Source: a phage. Taken from it: DNA of 64,000 nt. The position numbers were made by a program, and so were the translations under genes. The stretch lies in assembly GCA_012646185.1 (NCBI GenBank), contig GCA_012646185.1_4706.1. One strand, written 5' to 3'. Below, in pieces: positions 31,164 to 39,475 of the stretch; position 1 is the stretch's first letter; each line of letters starts with the position of its first letter. Under the pieces are notes generated by a model that had not been told where the DNA came from, searched no databases, and was given only the letters and a program-made list of their open reading frames with translations.

Positions 31164-31945
31164 CAGAATTCCTCTAGGTTGCTGCTGCTAATAGTCCCCG
31201 TCGTAGACGGCATGTTTCTACTACCCACCGACGCAGTTGTTGAAGAGGTTCTGGCTAGATTCAATCCATTTAATAACCCACGCTCTTTTACCGTACGACG
31301 TGAACCATCACGAACATCGTAAAGGGGTACGTTATAATGGTCAAAAATCCGAAGCCATTGCACGTAATCAGCAACAACATGGTCTTTGCTTTCATTCGGG
31401 GCAAAGCGATCAAGCTGATGGTCGACGTAAGCTTTAGCGCTTTCAGGATTGAAGTTATACTGTCGACGTGCTTTGTCCACCATCGCGAGGAAACATGTGT
31501 TGGGGTCACGATTGATGTATGAACGTGTCCGGATAAAGATAGCCGGTACCGTAAACAGAACCTTGTTGTTATTCCCATCAGCAACGATGTTAACCGCACG
31601 ATGCGGTTGGCCTGCTATCTTACACCAATCGTGAACAATGGTGCTATTACTCAGCATCTCCGCGTATTCAGGATCCTGCGAAAACATTCCTGCGAACGGA
31701 TACAAGAAATGTTTAACGAACAGCGATTCAGGCAGGATGTTGGGACGCGTCATCTCCTGTAAACCTTTTCGTAGAAGCTCGCTATTGTCTACCAGCTCCT
31801 GCCACATGTCCGGTCGTGTTTTCGGGATGGACGGATCCTGAGCGCGGCGAATGCGCTCTTCCTCATTTACAACCACTACCCCAGCCGGATACCCCAATAA
31901 ATCCGTTCCTTCGCTAACGTTGCTGTTAGTTTGGCGCGCCTTCAT
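31163..31945 (-). CDS. hypothetical protein
   Basis: 260-aa ORF. Confidence 0.5.
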   Translation of the reverse strand: MKARQTNSNVSEGTDLLGYPAGVVVVNEEERIRRAQDPSIPKTRPDMWQELVDNSELLRKGLQEMTRPNILPESLFVKHFLYPFAGMFSQDPEYAEMLSNSTIVHDWCKIAGQPHRAVNIVADGNNNKVLFTVPAIFIRTRSYINRDPNTCFLAMVDKARRQYNFNPESAKAYVDHQLDRFAPNESKDHVVADYVQWLRIFDHYNVPLYDVRDGSRRTVKERGLLNGLNLARTSSTTASVGSRNMPSTTGTISSSNLEEF

Positions 31946-32333
31946 TTACTTCCTCCTGCCACTTGATAAAATTACCACGCTCGGATCGCAGAACACCGCC
32001 CAAATCGTACGATATACCTTTCTCTGTGACAATCCCACCAATCTGGAGATCGACACGTTCCGTCGTCGGATCGATATACTTGACACGGACTTTCAATTCC
32101 ACGCGATCGTAATAACGCATTAAATAATCATACAACATCCGGTATGTCGCATCTTCCAATTTGGGTGCGCTATACTGCGACGTTGCAATGAGGTACGGTA
32201 GTGAAACGATGGAACCTTGATAGCAATACGACTGGGAATAATTCGATATTGCGAAATTGGTCATTAACCCATCCAGCTTTTTACCCGACGCGGTTAAAAA
32301 GCTCGACAGTCCCGGTAACGGATTCGATGCCAT
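31926..32333 (-). CDS. hypothetical protein
   Basis: 135-aa ORF. Confidence 0.45.
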   Translation of the reverse strand: MASNPLPGLSSFLTASGKKLDGLMTNFAISNYSQSYCYQGSIVSLPYLIATSQYSAPKLEDATYRMLYDYLMRYYDRVELKVRVKYIDPTTERVDLQIGGIVTEKGISYDLGGVLRSERGNFIKWQEEVNEGAPN

Positions 32334-32346
32334 GAGGAACTCCTCT

Positions 32347-32796
32347 TTAAGCGTAATTCATTCCAACCAATCTATCGTAGTTAGGCATATGTCCTAACTC
32401 CAGTTCGACGGGCATGGATACATTGGTGCGCGGTGCGTAAAATGTTCGCGTATGCATATCGATATACCCACAGTCCAAATAAACAATATCGGACAACTCC
32501 GCTGGATGTTTAGGTGCGGGAATCTTTAAGCGATTGTAACACTCAAGCTGCCACCAGGCATGAAAAAAGTTATTGTAGGCGTACGATTTACTGTTGGCAA
32601 CTTTAAGTCCGTAGATCACCCATAACGCCGCCATGAAGTTGGTTGCGTTAATTCGCATCGGTTGTTCATTATTGAGCATGTACGTGTAGGTAAACAACGG
32701 TGTGTTACCATCACCGAAACGTCCGACTAAGGTATTGTTCGTGTGTTCGACCTCAAAGGAAAAATGCTGGCTGCTATTGCCATCAAAATGGATCAT
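32347..32796 (-). CDS. hypothetical protein
   Basis: 149-aa ORF. Confidence 0.45.
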   Translation of the reverse strand: MIHFDGNSSQHFSFEVEHTNNTLVGRFGDGNTPLFTYTYMLNNEQPMRINATNFMAALWVIYGLKVANSKSYAYNNFFHAWWQLECYNRLKIPAPKHPAELSDIVYLDCGYIDMHTRTFYAPRTNVSMPVELELGHMPNYDRLVGMNYA

Positions 32797-32914
32797 CCCG
32801 TTCTCCTCAAGCTTTTCATTTCATAGAGTGGTGGAAATTCGTAGAAAGTTACAAAAATAAAAAAGAATGGGCAGCCCCTCCCCACCCGAAGGTAGGGAGA
32901 GACCGCAAATATAC

Positions 32915-33379
32915 TTAAACCAAAGCTGCGATAACGTCGTTAACATTACGGCCTCGCAACTCTGCCGCTAAACGAATAACTTCATCCAGGGAACGGTTTG
33001 TACGAATCTTGGCCACTTTCCAATTTTCAGGATACTGTTCGAAGTTAAGCAACCAAGTCATTACCTTTGCTTGTTCCATACCGTTGAGTTTGATTGTCGT
33101 GCGCGGATTGGCTTTGAACCACTTCTTGCTCAGCTGCGCCATACGGCGAACAGGGTAAGCGTAAGCGCGAGTCCAGTCTTTGGACAGATTGTCGAGTAAT
33201 TCACAGTAGCTGTTGTCGTAGTCTTTGTTGATACGACGTAATAACCAGTTGGCGGTCATCTGATAAAGTTTATCATCTTCACGTAACCGCATACCTGCTA
33301 CTGCTAAATAAATGATAAGACCTGCGCCCAGGATGAGAGACAGGATAAACAGAATTTGGGTTTCTTGTGCTAAAGTCAT
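32915..33379 (-). CDS. membrane-anchored protein (single N-terminal TM helix)
   Basis: 154-aa ORF; hydrophobic stretch ILFILSLILGAGLIIYLAVAG; early-promoter-like motif about 90 nt upstream. Confidence 0.5.
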   Translation of the reverse strand: MTLAQETQILFILSLILGAGLIIYLAVAGMRLREDDKLYQMTANWLLRRINKDYDNSYCELLDNLSKDWTRAYAYPVRRMAQLSKKWFKANPRTTIKLNGMEQAKVMTWLLNFEQYPENWKVAKIRTNRSLDEVIRLAAELRGRNVNDVIAALV

Positions 33380-33463
33380 TTTACTATCCTCGGATTTCGT
33401 TAGGATTTAATTTCCAATATAAGGACAATGTGATATGCCTTATACAGTCGATTGATGTTGTAC

Positions 33464-33490
33464 ATCACTTAAGTAATATAGCCGTGAAAA
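33464..33490 (-). promoter_or_regulatory. early-promoter-like motif (minus-strand TTTTTCACGGCTATATTACTTAAGTG)
   Basis: Contains TATATTAC; near-identical to the copy at 10185-10208. Confidence 0.5.
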
Positions 33491-33498
33491 ATGTTGGA

Positions 33499-34335
33499 TT
33501 AACGTGTTCTCCTATCACGATGCGTATACGACTGAAGACCGATGTCCATATGCGGTAACGTCAGCGTCTGCCAGATCTGTCGTGCGTAGCGATCGAGCGT
33601 ATGATCGTCAGTAACACAATCGACGGGTTCGATGAGGTGGGTCGTATACTGGCTTTTCTCGGAGAAAGGTTCGAGGTTAGCTGTATCGCCTAATCCGCTT
33701 TTCACTGTGAAGACAAGACGTGTGACTATCATCGCTTTATGTTGCTGTTCATTATAACGAAGGCTGCGGTATACGGCATAGCTCCCTCCTTTTAGGCTTC
33801 GGGTATAACGAAGGTCGGAGGTCGTCTCGGAAATCTGATACAGCATCCAGTCCAACGTATCACGCCAGTACGCATCATCCACATCAGGAACCGTGATACC
33901 GTATCGCGTAGGCAGCAATTCTAAAAGCAATTTATAAAGTCCGCGACGCAGACCATGCTCTTCTGTTTCCGATAAACCGTTTCCAACGTAACGTGAAATA
34001 CGTGTACGTAAATACGTACGGATGAACATATTCGCCATCAAGGTCTTCACTCTGCTACTGGTATCCTCAAAGCGATCAACGCTGAAACTCGTTTCAATCA
34101 GTCGTCCATTAAAATACAATGCGGCAACATACATCGCGTTATTACTATCACGTTCAATGTTTAAACGTCCGCAGATATTGGCTGCGTCGTTCATGGTGAA
34201 TTCTAATTTATCGTGTTCGATACGATAGATAATATCCTCTTGGGTTGCCAGGCTCGCAATGCGACGGTAGCCCGGAGAAGTACGTTTTACACTCATGATT
34301 GTCCTCGTTTTCAATTTTAAGATTGCATGCGGCAT
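33499..34335 (-). CDS. hypothetical protein
   Basis: 278-aa ORF. Confidence 0.5.
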   Translation of the reverse strand: MPHAILKLKTRTIMSVKRTSPGYRRIASLATQEDIIYRIEHDKLEFTMNDAANICGRLNIERDSNNAMYVAALYFNGRLIETSFSVDRFEDTSSRVKTLMANMFIRTYLRTRISRYVGNGLSETEEHGLRRGLYKLLLELLPTRYGITVPDVDDAYWRDTLDWMLYQISETTSDLRYTRSLKGGSYAVYRSLRYNEQQHKAMIVTRLVFTVKSGLGDTANLEPFSEKSQYTTHLIEPVDCVTDDHTLDRYARQIWQTLTLPHMDIGLQSYTHRDRRTR

Positions 34336-34378
34336 AAACCCTCCCCGCCTTATGCAGGGAGGGCAGCCATTAAATGGA

Positions 34379-35017
34379 TTAACCTAATTTACCACCGGCA
34401 ATGTTGGTGAAATCTTCGCCATCAGGAACTTGCAGTAGGATACGTGCCATGTCCCAGTTGGTTAATGTAATTGCTTTATCATCGATACTCAGTTCTGGTA
34501 GGTCGAGTTCATGATCATCAAACTCGTAGGAAATACTCCACGTTTCATCTGTTTTAGGATCGGTTATCAACACACCGTCTGTTACACGCATGTAGTCCGG
34601 ATGCAATTCATTACTGAATGTGCTGAACGGATCGGTGTAACATTCAGCATACCCCTCGATCTGCTGACGTTGCGCCTTCGTACGTAATTCAGGGCACGCC
34701 ATAATCAGTTGTCGAGATATGCCGTTTGCAGCACGGAAGTCTTCCACGGTGTTGCATGGCATAACCACATCGTCATGGAAGATGTTCTCCGATTGTCTCA
34801 ACAGCGTCTTACGGAGTTCAGCATAGTTTATCTGATTGAATGCGTCGAACGTTGCTAACGATTCAGCGTAAAAATGCTTTACGTGTTCGCTTGCACTGCC
34901 GAGGCTATTCATCAGCTTGTGGCCGTACTCCATAAAGCTTTTATCGAGACCGGAGGACATTTCTCCGAACCTCAGTGCACGATAACTGTCTCGTCCACCT
35001 GTAAATATTTGCGCCAT
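34379..35017 (-). CDS. hypothetical protein
   Basis: 212-aa ORF directly downstream of the beta-prime exons. Confidence 0.5.
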   Translation of the reverse strand: MAQIFTGGRDSYRALRFGEMSSGLDKSFMEYGHKLMNSLGSASEHVKHFYAESLATFDAFNQINYAELRKTLLRQSENIFHDDVVMPCNTVEDFRAANGISRQLIMACPELRTKAQRQQIEGYAECYTDPFSTFSNELHPDYMRVTDGVLITDPKTDETWSISYEFDDHELDLPELSIDDKAITLTNWDMARILLQVPDGEDFTNIAGGKLG

Positions 35018-35032
35018 TACAGGCGTCCTCCT

Positions 35033-35257
35033 TTAGCAATGGTTGTTAGTTGCTTCTATTTCATCAAGATACGGTTCTACGTCATCGCCCTCCACGAATT
35101 CGTTGAACCAACAGTCAATGGTAGAAATAACCGGTGACTGGTGTTCACATTTCTTAGATACCTTAAAAGGCACGTTATTATCCATCATACCGAGTTCGGG
35201 TCGAAAACGCCCGAAATGTTTCGCAGTCCAAATGTCTGGGACGATATGGTTGTTCAT
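35033..35257 (-). CDS. RNA polymerase beta-prime N-terminal subunit, exon 3 (proposed)
   Basis: Encodes MNNHIVPD...GMMDNN, matching the beta-prime sequence that follows NADFDGD (MAVHVP / MNLHVP, then LMMSTNN); exact 5' boundary uncertain. Confidence 0.5.
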   Translation of the reverse strand: MNNHIVPDIWTAKHFGRFRPELGMMDNNVPFKVSKKCEHQSPVISTIDCWFNEFVEGDDVEPYLDEIEATNNHC

Positions 35258-35617
35258 CAAAATCTTCAGTATGAATCGCTACTTCATACCCGCAGCATTA
35301 CCTGCAGCTCCTGGTGTTACCAGGATGTTGAGAGTATATCATGCCCATATTCCAAATGGAACGTAGGACTTCCGCGCTGGATCTCGCTTGAGACCACTTA
35401 CTCGTTGAACGTTCTCCTAAACGGAGCTTCGCTGCTGATTGGACATTGTTACGTACGGTAGGCGTCCCATTAAAGGGATTTTCATTGAAGCCGCGTACAT
35501 CCGTTACCTTGTTTCTACCTTATCGGTTCCTCTTACGAGGCGTAACGGCTTTAGCCTATTCCAGCAATTCACGGAATGCATATTCTCCTTTTCAGGAGAT
35601 AAGGCCATGGCTCTGGC
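35258..35617 (-). ncRNA. putative self-splicing intron 1 (ORF-less, group I-like), boundaries approximate
   Basis: About 360-nt hairpin-rich sequence between DFDGD codons and resumption of beta-prime homology; tandem relative of intron 2. Confidence 0.5.
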
Positions 35618-35632
35618 ATCACCGTCAAAGTC
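35618..35632 (-). CDS. RNA polymerase beta-prime micro-exon encoding DFDGD (proposed)
   Basis: Minus-strand codons GAC TTT GAC GGT GAT; flanked by the two intron copies; exon 1 ends ...GYNA. Confidence 0.5.
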
Positions 35633-35982
35633 CACATATCTTCAGTATGAATCGCTACTTCATACCCGCAGCATTACCTGCAGCTCCTGGTGTTACCAGG
35701 ACGGAGAGATCATCTCATCACCCACGAAGGGTGTTCCGCGCTACCCTCAGCGAATTCGAGGGACATGATCGTTGAACCTTCCACCGATAATCGGTGGCTA
35801 GGCTGCTGATTAAACATTGTACGTTGGGGTGGCATCCTGGTTCAGGACTGTCGTTGAAGCCTCCCAACATCCACTCACTTATTTCCGCCTTATCGGCTCC
35901 CATAAGGGCAGAGTGGCTTTAGCCCGTCTCAGCAATTCACGGAATTCAAGCTCTTCCTTTCAGAAGGCAGGGCCTCATCTGA
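35633..35982 (-). ncRNA. putative self-splicing intron 2 (ORF-less, group I-like), boundaries approximate
   Basis: Follows the codon for Ala of ...KGYNA (exon ends in U); RNA ends in G just before GAC of DFDGD; track ORF reads 17 codons into it then stops. Confidence 0.5.
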
Positions 35983-37233
35983 AGCATTGTATCCCTTAAG
36001 GATCATCACGCTTAACCCGATGGTGTTATCCTGCGGATCGCGTTTAACCTTGGTGATTTCAAGACATTGGTTACTGCTTCGGTCAAGTGATGGGTTTCGA
36101 ACAAAGCCGCACACAATCCCATCGAACGGCGTATCAGCAATAAGCTCATCGTGCAGCTCGCTCATCATCGGATGATAATTACGGACATGTTCCGCAACGA
36201 ACGCACGCGCTGCTCTCGGTGAGTAACCACGATGGAATAACTTGGATTGGATATGTTCTTTATTGGTTAAAGTAAATGGTGCGTATGGGAAATGCAGATG
36301 ATAATAACGATGGTTCGCTGTTATCGAACTGATTACGGTACGCGTGGTGAATGGATGTAATGTACCTAATATGTTTTTACGTGTAATACCTTTCTTCTTA
36401 CCGATGAACTCATCGAAAATCGCTGCGTGGTATTGCAGTAGCTTCAATTGCACTTTCGCCATCCAGTTTTCTTTCTTTCTGGCGCTCAAAGGTGTTGTTG
36501 GATGATAGATACTGTTCAACGTACCAATAGCATCGATCGCACCTTCCATTTTGCTATCCGCATAACGACCGGTCGGCGTATTTTCGATAACGAACATCAT
36601 GGCTGCAGGAAAGCTGATATACTGACTGAAGAACTTATCACGATGGATACGGATGAATTCTCGTAGCGTGTCAACTTTCTCCATGTTCTTCGGTCCACGT
36701 AACGTCGGTCCTTTATACAAGATCTCCATGATGCGATCGAAGTTCTGTATAAAGCTATTTACGCCACGCCGTATCCCGAATACATCGAATTGCTGCTCCA
36801 GATAGTTCTTGAGTTCGATGGGTCGTTTTACATTTGGACGGTAACTGGCATCAATGAGCCACGTCATCGTTTCAAAGCTTTTGATATTCAACTCGCTTGC
36901 CAGCACGAGATGGACCAACGGGTTAATGAACGCATCGATTCCTTCAGGAACGCGCGCCCAAACCGTCGAACGAATCTCTTGTTCTGCTGGGTAGGTTACA
37001 ACCGTTTTACAGTTTGGACACACCGTGCCGAGTAGCTCACCACGATTGTAGAAACCACAACCACATTGTGGTGTGATATCCAACGTATCGCTGGAGTAAA
37101 CACGGGTGATAAAACTGTTTAATTTCTTCTTCTCTTCGACGACTTTTGTATCGTAATCATTCAACAAAATCGGCGTGAAAGGAAGTTCTGCGAGCTGTCT
37201 ATCGAAACTCACGATATCGAGCATGATGGCCAT
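35983..37233 (-). CDS. RNA polymerase beta-prime N-terminal subunit, exon 1
   Basis: Zn-finger CGCGFYNRGELLGTVCPNCKTVV (compare CxCGKY...C..CGVEV); NPSLDRSS (compare NRQPSLHK / NRAPTLHR); IGLSVMILKGYNA (compare LNLSVTSPYNA) immediately before the missing DFDGD. Confidence 0.65.
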
Positions 37234-37275
37234 GGGGTATCTCCTACAAATGAAAAAGAACGTTAGGACGTATAA

Positions 37276-37299
37276 GGGAGGGAGGTTGCCCTCCCTCCC
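37276..37299 (-). terminator. GC-rich stem-loop gggagggagg-ttgc-cctccctccc between chimallin candidate and beta-prime gene
   Basis: Perfect 10-bp inverted repeat. Confidence 0.45.
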
Positions 37300-37325
37300 G
37301 TCAGATTACATCGAACGTTCTTCCA

Positions 37326-39221
37326 TTAGAACAGGTTGAATGCCCCACCCATGTTGTTAACGCCAACATTCGGACGATCGCTACGTGCGTAGATGTTACC
37401 GGAGATGTTACCCAGACCACGAGCACGTGCTGCCATGTTACCACGAACAGCGGTACCTGCCAGATGCTGGATGTTCTCAGGACGGATGGTGAAGCCAGCA
37501 TCAGCCGCAGCTTCGATCAGCGCCTGCAGTGCTAACGGATCGAAGTCGTAACGCATTGCCCAGCCGGTTTGTTCCCAGCTACCAGACAGAACACGATCGA
37601 TGATTTCGTGACGAGCGACAACACGCTGAGACATCGTCATATCGGTACGGTCGAAGCTGTCTTCCCAAGCTTCTACGGTATCCGGGTTAGTGATGTTCAT
37701 CATGTACAGATCGTCCATATCACGAATATCGTGACGGTGACCATCCTGGTGGTTGTAGTAACCCAGCGGGATACGGTTACCGGTAGCGTAGACCAGCGGT
37801 TGGCCGTATTGATATTTCTTGCTGAAGCAACCCAGGGTAGTATCATCGAAGGCACGGTAAAGTGCTTTGTAGCCTTCAGAGACTTCCTGAACTTTACCTT
37901 CAACATTACCCGTATAGATCTTCTCAGCCGCCGGGATCATACGCAGCAGCCAGCTGTATTCGCCTTCTTCCGGTACGTCGATAGAAATCAGCAGAGACGG
38001 ATACAGAACCTGTTGCAGGAACTTGTAAATCTGCTCGTTGGTTTGCGTAGACAGATCCAGCGGTGCAGTCACTTCAGGATCCAGCACCATCGCCAGAGCA
38101 CCTGGGTTATGCGGACCAATACCACGAGCCGCGTTGCTGATTAAAGACTGTGCCCATGCCATGCCGCTGTTCAGCGTAGCGATGGTACCAATCAGACCCA
38201 GCACGAAGCTGTTCGGTGTGAACGCATCCAGCTCCAGCGGGTAAGCGCTGGTCATCACGTAACGCGGCTGGTATTGTACAGTCGGCGGTACCGGATAGCC
38301 GTTAACCAGAACAGGGCCTTGGTTGAAGGTCGGGTTCTGCGGGCTGTAGGTCAGGTCGATGTAACCGGTGGTGGCGACCAGACGCTGTTGACTATCGTAA
38401 TCGCTCATCGCTTGACGGATGCGGTTAGAGATAGTTACAGTGATGTCAGAACGCACAGGGTTACCAACAATATCACTGTCCTGCATACCGCTGGTGTTGT
38501 ACTGAACGCTGCTGATTGGCTGATCGCTTGCCATCATGCCCAGGTTGAACTGCGGCAGACCCAGTTTATCACCGAGACGGATTTCGATTGCGGTCTGGAT
38601 TGCGTTATCTGCAGCAGACAGCAGGGTGGTTGCCAGATGCGCAGATTCAGCGGTGATTTCATTGGTCACCACAGCCAGACCAGCGATACGAACAGTACCG
38701 TTAGACTTACCGCCAATAGCTGAATACATTGCCGCCATGACTTCGTTGATGAACGTACCGTTCAGGTTATCAACCCAGGTACGCGGTACCAGAATGTTAC
38801 CATGCGGACCTTGTTCTTCACGACGCGGCAGCGGAGCCAGACCAGCAACCAGCGGCAGGACGTAACCGAAGAAGTGGTTATGATCACCAACTTTTGCACC
38901 GCTCATAACAACCAGGGTCGGATACGGTACGCTGTACTGGTTCGGGTCAACCGCAACAAAGATGAAGTCGTCTTTGAACTGGGTATCTTCCAGATATTTC
39001 TCCATCAGACGACGGAGATTCAGTACCTGCTCGGAGCCGGTATTACGGCTGATACGACGGCTCAGTGTACGGTTGATCGTACGCATCGTATGAGTTACTT
39101 TAGGACGGTCGGCAAAATCTGCAGCGGTTTCCAGCGCCTCATCAGCACGTTGTGCGGTGCGGGTTTCAGCTGCACGAATTTCTACATTATCGTTACCGTT
39201 ATTACGTACGTCTAAGCCCAT
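37326..39221 (-). CDS. chmA: candidate phage-nucleus shell protein (chimallin); alternative is a major virion structural protein
   Basis: 631-aa ORF directly upstream of the beta-prime N-terminal gene (same order as phiKZ gp54-gp55); early-promoter motif 70 nt upstream; extended charged N-terminal tail. Confidence 0.45.
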   Translation of the reverse strand: MGLDVRNNGNDNVEIRAAETRTAQRADEALETAADFADRPKVTHTMRTINRTLSRRISRNTGSEQVLNLRRLMEKYLEDTQFKDDFIFVAVDPNQYSVPYPTLVVMSGAKVGDHNHFFGYVLPLVAGLAPLPRREEQGPHGNILVPRTWVDNLNGTFINEVMAAMYSAIGGKSNGTVRIAGLAVVTNEITAESAHLATTLLSAADNAIQTAIEIRLGDKLGLPQFNLGMMASDQPISSVQYNTSGMQDSDIVGNPVRSDITVTISNRIRQAMSDYDSQQRLVATTGYIDLTYSPQNPTFNQGPVLVNGYPVPPTVQYQPRYVMTSAYPLELDAFTPNSFVLGLIGTIATLNSGMAWAQSLISNAARGIGPHNPGALAMVLDPEVTAPLDLSTQTNEQIYKFLQQVLYPSLLISIDVPEEGEYSWLLRMIPAAEKIYTGNVEGKVQEVSEGYKALYRAFDDTTLGCFSKKYQYGQPLVYATGNRIPLGYYNHQDGHRHDIRDMDDLYMMNITNPDTVEAWEDSFDRTDMTMSQRVVARHEIIDRVLSGSWEQTGWAMRYDFDPLALQALIEAAADAGFTIRPENIQHLAGTAVRGNMAARARGLGNISGNIYARSDRPNVGVNNMGGAFNLF

Positions 39222-39283
39222 TTGGGATTCCTCTTTTCTTAAACTTTATTAAATGACGTCATTGAATCAGCTTCTACTCGCTC

Positions 39284-39311
39284 ATTCACCTAGGTAATAT
39301 AACCCTGAAAT
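39284..39311 (-). promoter_or_regulatory. early-promoter-like motif (minus-strand ATTTCAGGGTTATATTACCTAGGTG)
   Basis: Contains TATATTAC; upstream of 37326-39221; palindrome AATGACGTCATT at 39252-39263 in the leader. Confidence 0.5.
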
Positions 39312-39475
39312 TTTTTTCAATATTGGTGTAACCACATTGAACGATATAAACCCCCAGGCGAACGCTGCCGAGAAGCAACATTCTTTCTACATATAATCAG
39401 GATATGTCTGTAAACTTTTACTTCTCTTATTGAGAGTAATGTCATATCCGTTTACTACCTTCTTACGGAGTTCGT

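Noticed and set aside
35043-35775. Plus-strand ORFs (35043-35366, 35141-35461, 35439-35768, 35446-35775) within the intron region
   Set aside because: They are repeat-derived, overlap each other in several frames, and sit antisense to the beta-prime gene; read as frame noise over structured RNA, not homing-endonuclease genes.
35258-35982. Intein or group II intron as the cause of the beta-prime interruption
   Set aside because: In-frame stop codons rule out a protein-level intein; about 350 nt per element is far too short for a group II intron and no reverse-transcriptase ORF is present.
37569-38865. Plus-strand ORFs antisense to the chimallin candidate (37569-38144, 38274-38723, 38536-38865)
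   Set aside because: Arg/His-rich junk-like translations fully embedded in a strongly coding minus-strand gene.
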